Part shown: positions 46,626 to 61,511 of the stretch, one piece after another
Layout of the letters: each line of letters opens with the position of its first letter
Numbering within the stretch: the stretch's first letter is position 1
Assembly: GCA_012295275.1 (NCBI GenBank)
Contig: CM022673.1
Coordinates: 8,990,001-9,054,000 of the forward strand
From: Chrysomallon squamiferum
Lineage: Eukaryota > Animalia > Mollusca
Direction of reading: 5' to 3'
DNA: 64,000 bases
Position numbers and translations under genes: made by a program
Notes under the pieces: model-generated
Told to the model about the DNA's origin: nothing
The model's database searches: none
The model's input: the letters and a program-made list of their open reading frames with translations, nothing else

Positions 46626-48417
46626 TAGATAGGATCTGCAACAGAATATGCTGATTCCATCTCCCATTTTGTTGTGTAATCCTCCACTGTTTTATCATTT
46701 GCTGGCCTTGACTGCTTCAGTAATATATAACAACAGGGGCGGGCACAGTGAGGTGAACCCGATCTACATTATCTGTTCAATATCGGCTTACTTTTCTATT
46801 ATTTAAATTTTTAAAATTTTTTGGACTGCACCCTCAGCAAGATTTATAATAAAGGATTTAATGAATGGAAAGAAGCTAATATATGATTATTACTGTGTCC
46901 CGCAACGTAGATTTAATTTTTGGAAAATTTTATGTAAGTTTTCTACTTATTTTCCTGTATTTTGATATCTGAAATATACTAGACAAATTACTTGTTTATG
47001 CTAATCAAATGGCATTTTGTTGTTTTTGGAAATGGAAAAAACGTATCGAATTTTTAACTGGACATATTTTATTAAATCTCCCATTAATTTTAAGATAATC
47101 TCATTATCATCATTATCATTATTACCATCATCTTCATAATCATCATCATCATCACCATCTTTATTATTATTATTATTATTATCATCATCATCATCACCAT
47201 CATCATCATTATCATTATTATTATTGTTATTATTACTACTACTACTATTATTATTATTATTATTATTTTAAGAATACTTGTATTAAATAAGTAATGAAAA
47301 CCATCTGTATTCAATAACTTTTAATAAAACAATAAAAATGAGAAATAACAAAATTTTAAAATTTTAAAATTTTAAAACCCTCTATGTCAAAAACCAAGGG
47401 AAAAACAAATATTTTATTTAATTACTTTCTTCTTCTTCTTCTTCTTTTTTTTTGTTGTTTTGTTTTGTTTTATAATATATTATCATACATTCCGTTTTGG
47501 TCTATTCTTAATATGAAAGAAGAAGATTTACTATTTCCTTTAAACGGTACTTAATTAACTAATTCATTTTGAGACAGTGATTTGGACAAAAAAAAAAAAA
47601 CCTTCATGATTGTAATGAACAGGTTTAATTAGTTTTAATTCTTTATAATGGAATAAGTTACCAACTGCATTAAATTGATTTGTTTTTTTTGCTTGCGTGT
47701 AAATGTGCTCATTTTTAAAGAAATATTTCAAACTGTGGAAATGAAAACAATGAAAAGAAAGCCTGTAATTATTAATGGAAATTTTCATGGCAAGAACTAA
47801 GAATTTGCCAAATGATTAAAATAAAACAACGTCAAAATTTTGTAATTCTTATCTTTCGATTTTTTTTTTCCCCCCATTCTTTTAAAATATAAAAAATAAA
47901 TAAACAAACACAGACGTGTGATTTGTTGCATTAAAAAAACCCACAAAACAGAAATATTTTAAAACGAAAAAATAAATGGACACTCAACGTCACTGTAAAA
48001 CAACATACGCTTGCGTTTGTATTCTATCTTCCATGAACAGATGTTCATTCCGCTTGCGAGTTAGACCCATAATTTTAGCAAAATGTTTTCATGGTTATTC
48101 GAATTTGCAATTCAGCCTGACATTAATTTCGTTTTGTAAGTAAATGAAAATAAAATAAAAATCGACAGAAAAACATCTGTCTGTACCGCACCATTTGGAT
48201 ATATGTACGTATTTGATCGATTGTCTAAACCTGTGCATGCAGAAACGTCGTATCTGTCATGATCCTTCAAAAAGAAACGAAAAAGACGTGTTGCCAATCC
48301 TTTTACTAATATATATCTATTTATTGAATACTGAGATGTAAACATCCCCGTCCTTGAAATTATTAAAGAAAGAAAGAGATAATTAGAGAAATCACAAAAG
48401 GACAGATGGTCAAAACA

Positions 48418-48500
<83 letters not shown>

Positions 48501-49520
48501 AAAGTTGGACAAGCAGAACAAGACTTCAATGGGCATCTATAAGACATTCCTTGCTGCTGACCGAAAGATGCTGTGTTTCCCCTCTAGTTACCTAAGCAGT
48601 CATACACATACATACATACATACATACATGCACTTATGCGATCACGCGCACAGAATCATACCCATATTCATACCATACAAAAATGTTATGTACCCAGTTT
48701 CCTTTCTTTTTACTATTCATAAACTTGTCGAATCATTGCTGTATACATTTATGCACGACACTGTAAACCAAATTTTTTTTTTATTTTTGTTATTAATTTC
48801 GTATTTGTATATTGTGTCTCGTTTATCCTGTTTGATGGTTTATGATTTTTTAAAATTGATTTACCTTTCAAAAATGTGTCGTTTCTTTTCAGCTGACATC
48901 TTTTCAAGAAAACTGTTACGCCCATGCCTTATTCATTTTAGCGTTTACAGCAATTCATTGCAGATTTTTGATGCATGCAGATTTTTTTGGATTTTTTTCT
49001 TATTGATTTTTTTGTTTAAATTATTTTTCTATAATGTTTAATGTGTAATTCTGTACAGGTTTCTTCATATTATTGTTGGTCGATGGTTACTTTGACTTTA
49101 TGAAAATTGTATTTATGCAGCAAGTAAGACATTGTTATTTACAGTTATGCATGACGAATGGGTGAGTTTTTTTGTTTGTTGTTTCTTTGTTTCTTTCTTA
49201 AGTTTCGCTCAGCTGTGGGTCACTGTGTCCTGGAACACATGTTTCTTATGTTACTGTTGGTTTGGGATTACTTGAAATTCCTGTACGTAGTCAGTACGTC
49301 AGTAGTGTACAGTGAGCTAATCTCAACTCTTTGCCTTTGTAGCAGAATCTGCGGCGAATATGAATATAACCTTTATATATATATATATGTCTCTGTTCTG
49401 TGTGTGTGTGTGTGTGTGTAGATACATATACGCGTGTATATATATATAGTTTTAAGTTTCACAGTTAAAAAAAAAAAATCATAATAATTACAAAAAGGTC
49501 TTAAAGCATGTTCAAAAAAC

Positions 49521-49555
<35 letters not shown>

Positions 49556-50401
49556 AAAGGAGAGAATGAAAATATGTAACAAAAACTGTCTCCTATACGT
49601 AATTTTAGATTGGAGAAAAGAAAGTATATTTTCTATTGTTCTACTGTATATAATTATTTGATGACTACAGCTGACCCGGCATGAATAAAGAAACATTTTT
49701 TTTTTTTTTTTTTTCTTTTAAGGATATTTCAAAATATGTTTAAGTGGTAATGTTACATGCGAAAATGAATCTAACCTTCCAGTGTATTTAAGAAAATGGT
49801 TCATAAACGTAACTGAACTGGTACAACCACAGATAATAAAGACGCGTATATTACACCGTTTATTTGGCAAGCTAGGGACCGAATGGTTTTTCCTTTTCTT
49901 TTTTTTGGACCAAGGCTTGATATTATTATATACTTAGAATATAGAATGAACGATAAAAAGTAAAGATCGAAATTGTATTTAATACTTAAAAATTGTATTT
50001 AATACATTAAAAACTGTATTTAAAACATAAAAATTAAGGCACTTCTAAACCAGGTTTTCTGGTAGTCGTGTAAGTAGACTGAAACTTGTACCATTTAAAG
50101 GAGACATTTTGCAGTTAAAAGAGATGGCGGTACAATAACAATAAACCCGTTGTAGATACAATATCACGGACATAACATTTTATTTTATTTTTTTTCCAAA
50201 AAATTGTTATCACGGTGATAATGTCTTCATATCACACACTCTTTTTTTACTTCGAAGAAATGACTTTGTCCGTTCTGTGATTTTCCTCAGTATAAAAGTA
50301 TTACAGACTTAAGCCTTTCCTATCTGGCAGAAATGAAATTCTTATTACCGTATTTACTAGTGTATAGACTGCGCTAATTTTACTACTACTACTGCTACTA
50401 A

Positions 50402-50465
<64 letters not shown>

Positions 50466-51079
50466 TCGTTCTGTTTACAAAAGAAGAAGAAAACTTTTCA
50501 TTCGTATGAGTCAAAAGCCGACGCGTTACTTACGTCAGATCAGCCTGAAGCAAAATAGCCGAGTACTGACATGTAGGCAGATATATCACTTATGACTGAT
50601 ATACCTCTGTGTACTCTGGAGGCTATTTTTTCACGTTTCAGACCGAATGTCCTTACGGGCATTATCATGGCAACATTTTATGTTTTTGTCTGTAAAACTG
50701 TGAATCATCTTTTAAGATGCTGCTGTAAAATATATTTTTTTTTTTTTTCAAAAATACATTAGAGTTGAAATCTCCCATTCCGTATTGTTATAAATGTAAA
50801 CGAAACCTCCTATTCACTGCCCTGGTCTACAGACAACCTCTGAAATGCTGTAATCAACCCTTCATCGCATGACAGTTATTTGAGCAACATAAATTAAAAT
50901 CCTAATAGCAAACACTGTTATCCGCTCTCCGCCATTCGCCAGCATACTGGCGATAGACATACAGATCATAAAGCCAGATACACCGCCATCAGAAAGTATC
51001 GCTTTCTATTCCGAAGTCACTGTAAGTGCATAATTAAATAAAGGATCGTTATGAACCGATTTCAAGACATCACTTCATA

Positions 51080-51120
<41 letters not shown>

Positions 51121-51271
51121 GTTGTTGTTGTTGTTGTTGTTATTGGTATGGTTTTTCTTGTTATATTGTTGTTAATCCTAAAATTATTGCCGTTGGTCTC
51201 TTTGTTATTGTTGTTGTTTTAAATATTACCTGGGAGGAATTTATTGTCCAAATATTAAAATGTAGAACAGG

Positions 51272-51307
<36 letters not shown>

Positions 51308-52557
51308 CTTGGGTTTTTTTCATATATAGGTTAGGTAATTCAAATACGTCCATTTTTGGATACATGTTTATAAATATAATTATTCCTTTTGCCTCACTTG
51401 ATTGATATCTCTATATCTCGACATCTGTCATTTTGTTCAAAAAAAAAAAAGCAACAGCAACAAAATTTCAACCATAAAATCATGAATGCTGTATAAACAA
51501 CACCAGTAAACGCAACAGCAGACTGTAAGACATTATTAACGTAAGTATTTTAAATTTTATATTACAAAGATACGTGTAATATGCCATTGCTTTTTTTTTA
51601 ATTTTAATTTTTTTTTTAATTTATTATTATTTTTGCGGGGGGGGTATTTTTTTTTCTTCTTATAAAACAGAGAAGCATATGATGATAAACAAGTGATAAA
51701 AAAAAAAAAATAATAATAAAAAAAAAATAAAGACCAGATAGAAATTGCAAATAGTTAGACAGATAAACCCGTGCTCAAATAGACAGACAGACAGTATCAG
51801 ACAGACAGACACGTACATAATTAGATAGCTAACATGATAGGCAGGTAGGTAGTAAGTAATCACTTATTTATCTATTTTATACACGTATAAAAGAACTCTA
51901 TATTTTTGTCCGAAGGATAACATTTTCTTAAATCGATTAACACTTCATTTTTTATTAAGGAAGCTAGGTATTAAATTAAAATGTATTACATATAGGTAAT
52001 AAATAAACATATGTTACATGTAGGTAATTAATAAAAATATATTACTTAGCCGTGATCGATTTTATGATACATAATCGCTTATAAGTGAAGAATTTTTTAT
52101 TTTTGTTGCATTATACGTCATATGGGATATATATATATATATATACAACCATGTATTTTATTGCAACAACAAATAACCTTGTATCACTATACTATAACGT
52201 TTGTCCGCAAATCGATCGATTCTTGATCGCTGATTAAGGAACAAACAAATTAATTCGCTTGATACTCTTTGTCAAGGTTGACAAAAGACCAGATGAAAGA
52301 AGGCTTTGCAGTTTGACCGTCTTGTTCATTCTTTTGTTAGCTTGGGTAATTTTCTCTTTGTTGCTGTCGAAAAACCGAGTGGCCTTCCCAGAGGTTATGT
52401 AAACGCCATGTTATTTGATATACGGATTGATATTACTATACGTGAATCACCCAGTCTCTTTGTGATGTGATGCCCAAGTTAATGATATTTTCCTTAGACC
52501 AAAATATAATTATTAAACGCAGAAGAATTGTTACAGTTTCCAAAGCATAAATGACAA

Positions 52558-52726
<169 letters not shown>

Positions 52727-53477
52727 CTTTCCCGTTCATTCCAGCGCTTCCTGACTGATTTATCTCAAGCCAAAGTAAAGTGCTGTTCTGTTTAATCCCC
52801 GATGTATATTGAAAAGAAAGAAAGAAAGAAAAGAAAAAAAGAAAGAACCAAAACAAAAAATTGCTTCTGTAGTCTCAATGTTTCGATCGCTAAGTTATAA
52901 TTATAATAACCTTATAATAACCGATGCAATTTTGTGCTCAGTCTTATTAGATATTCGTTCGTTCGTTCCTTCCTTCCTTAATTCCTTCGTTCTTGCATTC
53001 CTTTCCTATCTGTAAGTTGGGTCATAATCCCATGCTTGATTTATTGCAATCTTAGAAACATGTAATGTGCGGCATTTAAAATAAGAAGCTTTTATTAACG
53101 TTTCTAACCATAAATATCCTATAAAAGGGTTGCACCTGATTTTCAAGTCTTGTAAATGTTTGAACTAGTGTCTGAAGTGACTCGAGAACGTTTACAAAAT
53201 CAAGACCCCTTTGTTGTAAAAACTCTAGATCATTCAAAATGTAATTTATTTTTTTATTTTTTTTTTCTAGTCCTTGTTTTGATGTTATTTATGCATAACA
53301 TACGGCAACTGTATAGAAATGTACTTAGAGTATTCATCATTTCTATACACACACACACACATATATATATCTATGTATGTATGTATGTATGTATGAATGT
53401 GTATATGTATGTGTACGTATATATGTATATGCAAACAAACAAAACATGTAAGCGCATTAGTAAACATTCTCACTATT

Positions 53478-53508
<31 letters not shown>

Positions 53509-55329
53509 GAAATGAAATGTATAAACGAATCCTAATAACGATATAACATTAAAATTGTTACAAAGTATTGCATAACAAATGGTTATTTCAGTTATTACAC
53601 TAACTGTCCCTTTTAATGTCCCTACTGCCAATAATACACGTTGAAAACAATGCTTTGAAGTAACAGTTCAACTGAAAAGATCATTTATCTTTGTCAATTA
53701 ATTCAGCATGAAATATTAATGTGATTTTAAAGTGAAATTAAAATGACAACTGTTGTATTAAGTTGATAGAGTTACAAACATACGCACATAAACACACTTA
53801 TACACATAATTACGTAGACATTTCCTTTCGTAAACATGTATATACGTGAACATACATAGTAGTAGTAGTGTAATAGTAAGTTGCGATTAAGTTCATTAAG
53901 TAATTAATTAAGTATGCAAACCGTCACATTTTACGAATAAATCTTCTCTGTCATTTTGAAACCTGAAGCATTTTGAGACGTCATTCAGTGCAATCGTAAG
54001 TGTAAGAGATTTGTAAAGAAGTTTTGTAAAGATGTTTTGTAAAGAAATTATCAAAACTTTTTACACCGTTATAATGTATTCAGTGCTGTTGATGGATCTG
54101 TCTATTAGTGTGCTATCAAACTATATAGGTATTGTTATTACGTCTAAAGACAAACTGCTTTGCGTGCATGAAGGTAATTTAATACTATATATATATATAT
54201 ATAAGAATGATGACGTCACAGTAACTCGGTAAGTACCAAAGGTCTCTCACTATTAAATTGTCGAGAAGTATTAAAAAATTCAAGCTAAATAGAACGTGTC
54301 GGAAATCTTCTTTCTCGCTATTAAAATCTGCAAATCGCAGTACCGGCCCTGACAACTGCCTCTGTAATTACTGTGACTCAATCCCTTTTCCCATCTTGAA
54401 ACCCAAAAAAAAAAAAAAAGGAAAAACAAAACCTGACCTCTAACACTCGGATTTAAAACATGTCTCTAAGACCTTCAGTGACCTTCTAAGACTATCCGAT
54501 TTCACGATTAGTCGCGTTATGAAAACATCGCACGTTTTTGAAGATTGTCGCAAATGCAATAAATAACAATACTGTTTTATTTGAATCGAAATTAAAATGT
54601 CAAATATTTTTTAAATCATAGGATAGACTTACACACACATTCATACCACGTATTATGTGAACAAACATCTTTACGTAAATCTACACACGCGAACATGCAT
54701 AGAGATCCAGCTCTCTTTCGGTCTATTTCTTTCCTTCTTTCTATGGTTCTTCTAATTTCTCCTTAGCTGAATGCCTGTCAGTGTACTTTGCTTGTTTCAC
54801 AAGCGAAGACTGAATCATCGAATAAAACTTAAAACTCTTTATCATACATTTCAATCAATCTACTTTTTTCTTTCTTTCTCCACCCCCCCCCTCCACGTTC
54901 TCTGACAGCTGTAATGGACACGACTGCTACAACCGTTACCTAGATAACCACTAACTGGAATACCTGTGTGTCGTTCACAGATCAATATTTTCATGATCCA
55001 AAAATAGGAATCACTGTTAACGATTACATTCATGTATGGAAGAGGAAAAAGGAAACTAAACTACATTACGTCTAAATTTGACAACTAAAGCTAAATAATT
55101 TGAAAAAAAATAACCCCACCTAATAAACATTTTCTAAAACTGAGAATAAAATAAGCTAATTAGTAATTTGCAACTGCTATGCCGATAATGAAAATTGTGA
55201 TGACGATGACAACGACGACAACAAAGATGGTGATGATGGTGAATATGATGATAATTTTAATGTTTCTTACTTGAGGCAGAGTTGTTTTTATACAATTTAA
55301 TATAGTTTAATTTTTGCGATTAAAGTATT

Positions 55330-55465
55330 TCAGTGGAAGAGCGTCCGCTGAAGAGTTATTTCTCGTTCCAACCCGTTTCCCACCAAATGTATAACAAAGG
55401 TCGTGGTATGTGCTGTTCTGTCTACTGGATCGTGATAGCAAAAGAGTAACCCAGGCAGTGCGTTG
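55330..55465 (+). mobile_element. Decayed tRNA-derived SINE, Meta-domain-like (mirror copy at ~62415-62545)
   Basis: gtggaagagcgtccgct head remnant and aaaggtcgtggtatgtgctgttctgtcta body resemble, from memory, the MetaSINE core common in molluscs. Confidence 0.55.
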
Positions 55466-55568
55466 TGTTCATCGTTAAATAAAATATTTTCTTTCCTTCT
55501 CTTTCTAAAGCTGTTTATTTTAGCTTAGGGTAACATTTTAGTTAAATTATTTAGAACAATTAAACATA

Positions 55569-55680
55569 CAGTGGAACCTCGGGTTCTAAACGCCTCGAAG
55601 CACGAACAAATCGGATTACGAACCGTGATCTTGAGCAATATTAGTCTCGGTTTACGAATAATGTCCCGAGTTACGACCTC
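55569..55680. mobile_element. Truncated Tigger/pogo-type terminal fragment (mirror copy at ~62195-62308)
   Basis: TA|CAGTGGAACCTCGG terminal with repeated t.acgaa motifs. Confidence 0.65.
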
Positions 55681-56380
55681 AGTTTTGGAAAAGAATTAAG
55701 AATAGATGATGACGTCAAAACCGATGTCAAAGTAAAGATTGAGACTGTGCGCTCACAATTTTTTTTAAAGTGTTGCTTCTTTTATGTGCATATTTCTTAT
55801 TATACCCTAGCCAGTATGGTTCCCAAGAAAACAAAAAGTAAAAGCGATAATTCTGGTGGAAAGTATCACAGTCGATGTTAATAAAGAAATAATAAGCAAA
55901 ACATGCGAGTGGTGTTCGTGTGTCTGATATCGCTTCGGTTTTGTGTAAATATTTGTATAAATTTTCTTCTGCTTCTTTCTTTCTTTCTTTCTTTTTAATT
56001 TTCTTTCTTTTAATTTTTTTATTTAGTATTATTTTTTTAAATTGGTCATTTGTTTGCCTGTCTTTAACTGTTTTTAACATACACAAGATACTTGATTTTT
56101 CACAAATTAAAATACTATGGTCCATGGTCATTAATAAAAAAATTAAAAGTCACAAAAAATGAAAATGTCAAATATGAAACAGACGAAATCACAGAAAAAA
56201 AAAGTGAAATGAAAAAAGATATGAAACAGAATTAAAATACAACTGTTTGGAAATGACAGAATAATTTTCATTATTGATTTTTTTAAAACTTATTCTTATT
56301 ATTATTATTTCTCTTAGTTTCGAAAATTGTAAACCCTTAATTCTAAATATTTTTCAAGCCCCTTTAATTTCGGGTTATCG

Positions 56381-56980
<600 letters not shown>

Positions 56981-58553
56981 CACACACACATTCTTCACAT
57001 GAAAAATTGATTATTTTTCTCAGACTTACTTTAGCCATGCCTAAATAAGAAATATTGTAACGTAATTACTTTTATTTATTCGTTGCCTGGTTACAAGATT
57101 ATACTGGAATCGTCTCTCTGAAAGCAGAAGACAGTCAGGTGAGCTACATATTTGGTTTTAATTTCGTATCCAGAATCATGCTTTAAAAAACTTTGTGGAA
57201 ACAAAAATAAATATGCCTTGGAGGTTAGTCAAAACAACGATAGATCTCGTTATAATTAGAAATAATGAGTTACGAGTGCCATCATTCGTAGAAAAAACGC
57301 AGCTTGGAAAAGAATTACGTTTCTTGCCGATATCTGGACAAAGGCTGACGCGATGAGTTACTTGGGTGAGTGAAAATTGTGGTTTCAGTTGACACGGTCG
57401 TGGAAGTATACTGATACTGGGGTAGAACTAAATGTTTTGCGTTTATTTGAATGGTCGGTGTATCACACGTACACATTCTTGTGTTGGATAAGGAGGAGGA
57501 TTCATGATGTGTTTTTTTTTGGTTTTGCTAAAAAAAAAAAAAAATGAATTGCAAACTGGATTAATACCTTTGCGTTTTTCTCACTCAGTTTTAGTGTGTT
57601 GGGTGTATATGGCTAAGACTGTGCATTGCAAATCAGTAGATTTCAGAATTGAGGATGGTTTGCGGTTTCTGAAGGTGTTCCAGTGAGTACAGACATGGGC
57701 GTATTCCTGATGATCAGGGGTGCTGTCTCAAATTCCAGCTAAACACTGGCAGGGGAAAATCTGAAGATTGTGATTCTTGTGTTTTTTATTTCTGTAATAT
57801 ATTTATTTTATTTTTGTTATTATTATTAATTTTTTTTTAATAATACAGATTAACATTTGGAAAATTCCACAGGTAGAAGACGTACCATAAACAATTCTGT
57901 TAAAAGTTTAAAATATGTTCATTATTATTTGTGTGTGTGGATGAAAATTATTCTGTCATTTCTAAAAAAAAAAAAAAATTTTTTATTCTGTATCATATTT
58001 TTTTCATTTCAACATTTTTTTCTGTTATTTCATGCTGTCATTTTAAATATATTATTGAAATTTTATATATTTTTTAAACATATTTTATAGTTACATATAC
58101 ATATTTTTGTATTAATGATTTTATGAGCATATATTAATGTATCTGTAAATGTATATAATTAGTGTGTGTGTGCGCGCGCTAAATGAGGCCTGTCATATAA
58201 AATATCCTGTATTGTTATTCCATAAATGTAACTGCGTATTGTGACTCGAATAATATTTAAACGGATTACGTCATAACCCATCCATTACTAAATTTGTTCA
58301 TTGTATGTATGTATGTGTATGTATGTATGTATGTATTGTATGTATGTATGTATGTATGTATGTATATGTACACACACACATATGCTTGCCTGAATATAAA
58401 CATACATACATATATACATTCATAAATACACAAACACATACACATATATGTATATATACATACACACATTATATAAAACATTCATAATGTACAATACCAC
58501 TTAATTCACTTGTAACTTTTCTCCTTCGTTGCAGGAACGTCCGGTAACTCATT

Positions 58554-58844
58554 ATGTTTACGTGCACCAAAAGAGAGGCGTTCATCTCGGTCTTATTTCT
58601 TCTTTTGACCTTCTTCGTGTTTATCGCCACCTACCATCGCGACTCCTTCAGTGACAGCTTTGTGCCAATGAAATACGTGGTATCCCAGGATCTCAAGAAG
58701 GGTTCCGTTCCAAAGTCGTGCCCTGGCATGGAGCAATTGTACGCGGATCGAATCCGACTGTCGAAAATGTTGAATTCTTTCAAACAGAACTTCTCAAGAC
58801 AGAGCTGTGAAATGCTTCAACTACAGACAGCAGCAGGGAAGCCG
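58554..58844 (+). CDS. First coding exon of an unidentified type II membrane (signal-anchor) protein, possibly a Golgi-type transferase
   Basis: ttgcag acceptor (exon starts 58535), ATG 58554, short tail MFTCTKRE, hydrophobic AFISVLFLLLTFFVFIATY, Cys-containing lumenal stem, G|GTATTT donor; GC-rich against its flanks. Confidence 0.75.
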
Positions 58845-59336
58845 GTATTTATGTTTGCTCGCAGTTTTTTTTTTAGATAAACAGAGATATTTCAACATGT
58901 ATGTGTGTATTTAGGATTTTGAATGTTCTCTGGCTTATGTACGTCTGACAAGACTGTACATAGAGAATATTCGGTAACTCAGTTACACCCATTGAGTATG
59001 TATCTATGTATGTATGTACGCACGAGTGTATGTATGTATGTATATAATGTATGTATCTGTGTATGTGTTTTTGTAATGCATAACATATAAAATTAACGTA
59101 TGCATATAATGTAAGTATTGCATCTATGTATGTAATATAAGTAATGAAATATTTGTAATACGTTATATATGTATGTATGTATTATTATTATCATCATCAT
59201 CATTATTATTATTTTTATTATTGTTATTATCATTATTATTATCATCATCATCATTATTATTAGTATCAGCAGCATCATCATTATTAATATAATTATCATT
59301 ATCATTATTTTTAATATTGTTGTTATTATTATTATT

Positions 59337-59536
59337 NNNNNNNNNNNNNNNNNNNNNNNNNNNNNNNNNNNNNNNNNNNNNNNNNNNNNNNNNNNNNNNN
59401 NNNNNNNNNNNNNNNNNNNNNNNNNNNNNNNNNNNNNNNNNNNNNNNNNNNNNNNNNNNNNNNNNNNNNNNNNNNNNNNNNNNNNNNNNNNNNNNNNNNN
59501 NNNNNNNNNNNNNNNNNNNNNNNNNNNNNNNNNNNN
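59337..59536. other. Assembly gap (200 N)
   Basis: Run of exactly 200 N, typical of a fixed-size scaffolding gap. Confidence 0.99.
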
Positions 59537-61174
59537 TGTATGTTTATATTCAGGCAAGATATGTGTGTGTGTGTGTATACATATACATACATACATACAT
59601 ACATACATACATACATACATACATACATACATACATACATACAATACATACATACATACATACACATACATACACATACAATGAACAAATTTAGTAATGG
59701 ATGGGTTATGACGTATCCATTTAAATATTATTCGAGTCACAATACACAGTTACATTTATGGAATAACAATACAGGATATTTTATATGACAGGCCTCATTT
59801 AGCGCGCACACACACACTAATTATATACATTTACAGATACATTAATATATGCTCATAAAATCATTAATACAAAATATGTATATGTAACTATAAAATATGT
59901 TTAAAAAATATATAAAATTTCAATAATATATTTAAAATGACAGCATGAAATAACAGAAAAAAGTTGAAATGAAAAAATATGATCCAGAATAAAAATATTT
60001 TTTTTTTTTTTAGAAATGACAGAATAATTTTCATCCACACACATAAATAATAATCAACATATTTTAAACTTTTAACAGAATTGTTTATGGTACGTCTTCT
60101 ACCTGTGGAATTTTCCAAATGTTAATCTGTATTATTAAAAAAAATTAATAATAATAACAAAAATAAAATAAATATATTACAGAAATAAAAACACAAGAAT
60201 CACAATCTTCAGATTTTCCCTGCCAGTGTTTAGCTGGAATTTGAGACAGCACCCCTGATCATCAGGAATACGCCCATGTCTGTACTCACTGGAACACCTT
60301 CAGAAACCGCAAACCATCCTCAATTCTGAAATCTACTGATTTGCAATGCACAGTCTTAGCCATATACACCCAACACACTAAAACTGAGTGAGAAAAACGC
60401 AAAGGTATTAATCCAGTTTGCAATTCATTTTTTTTTAGCAAAACCAAAAACACATCATGAATCCTCCTCCTTATCCAACACAAGAATGTGTACGTGTGAT
60501 ACACCGACCATTCAAATAAACGCAAGACATTTAGTTCTACCCCAGTATCAGTATACTTCCACGACCGTGTGAACTGAAACCACAATTTTCACTCACCCAA
60601 GTAACTCATCGCGTCAGCCTTTGTCCAGATATCGGCAAGAAACGTAATTTTTCCAAGCTGCGTTTTTCTACGAATGATGGCACTCGTAACTCATTATTTC
60701 TAATTATAACGAGATCTATCGTTGTTTTGACTAACCTCCAAGGCATATTTATTTTGTTTCCACAAAGTTTTTAAAGCATGATTCTGGATACGAAATTAAA
60801 ACCAAATATGTAGCTCACCTGACTGTCTTCTGCTTTCAGAGAGACGATTCCAGTATAATCTTGTAACCAGGCAACGAATAAATAAAAGTAATTACGTTAC
60901 AATATTTCTTATTTAGGCATGGCTAAAGTAAGTCTGAGAAAAAAATAATCAATTTTTCATGTGAAGAATGTGTGTGTTCGAGGGTGTGTGGTTATGTATG
61001 AGCGTGTCTGTATGCGTATTACTGTATATGTATGCATTATTATATTCAAGTACAAGCGGGTACATTATTATTCATGCATATTTGTACACAGATGTGCTAG
61101 TACATTTAATATTTGCATAAATATATGTATATATATATTATACATAATAAAAAGATAGATAACCAAATCATCGG

Positions 61175-61252
<78 letters not shown>

Positions 61253-61451
61253 TTCGAGGGTGTGTGCTATGCATGAGCATGTTGTATGCGTATTACTGTA
61301 TATCTATGCATTATTATATTCAAGTACAAGCGGGTACATTATTATTCATGCATATTTGTATACAGATGTGCTATTACATTTAATATTTGCATAAATATAT
61401 GTATATATATATTATACATAATAAAAAGATAGATAACCAAATCATCGGGGG

Positions 61452-61511
<60 letters not shown>

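Noticed and set aside
48505-49041. 178-aa hydrophobic ORF
   Set aside because: Non-ATG start, includes a (CATA)n run and an F/L/I bias expected from T-rich DNA
55330-55360. Possible tRNA gene
   Set aside because: Only an A-box-like remnant with no cloverleaf; belongs to a decayed SINE
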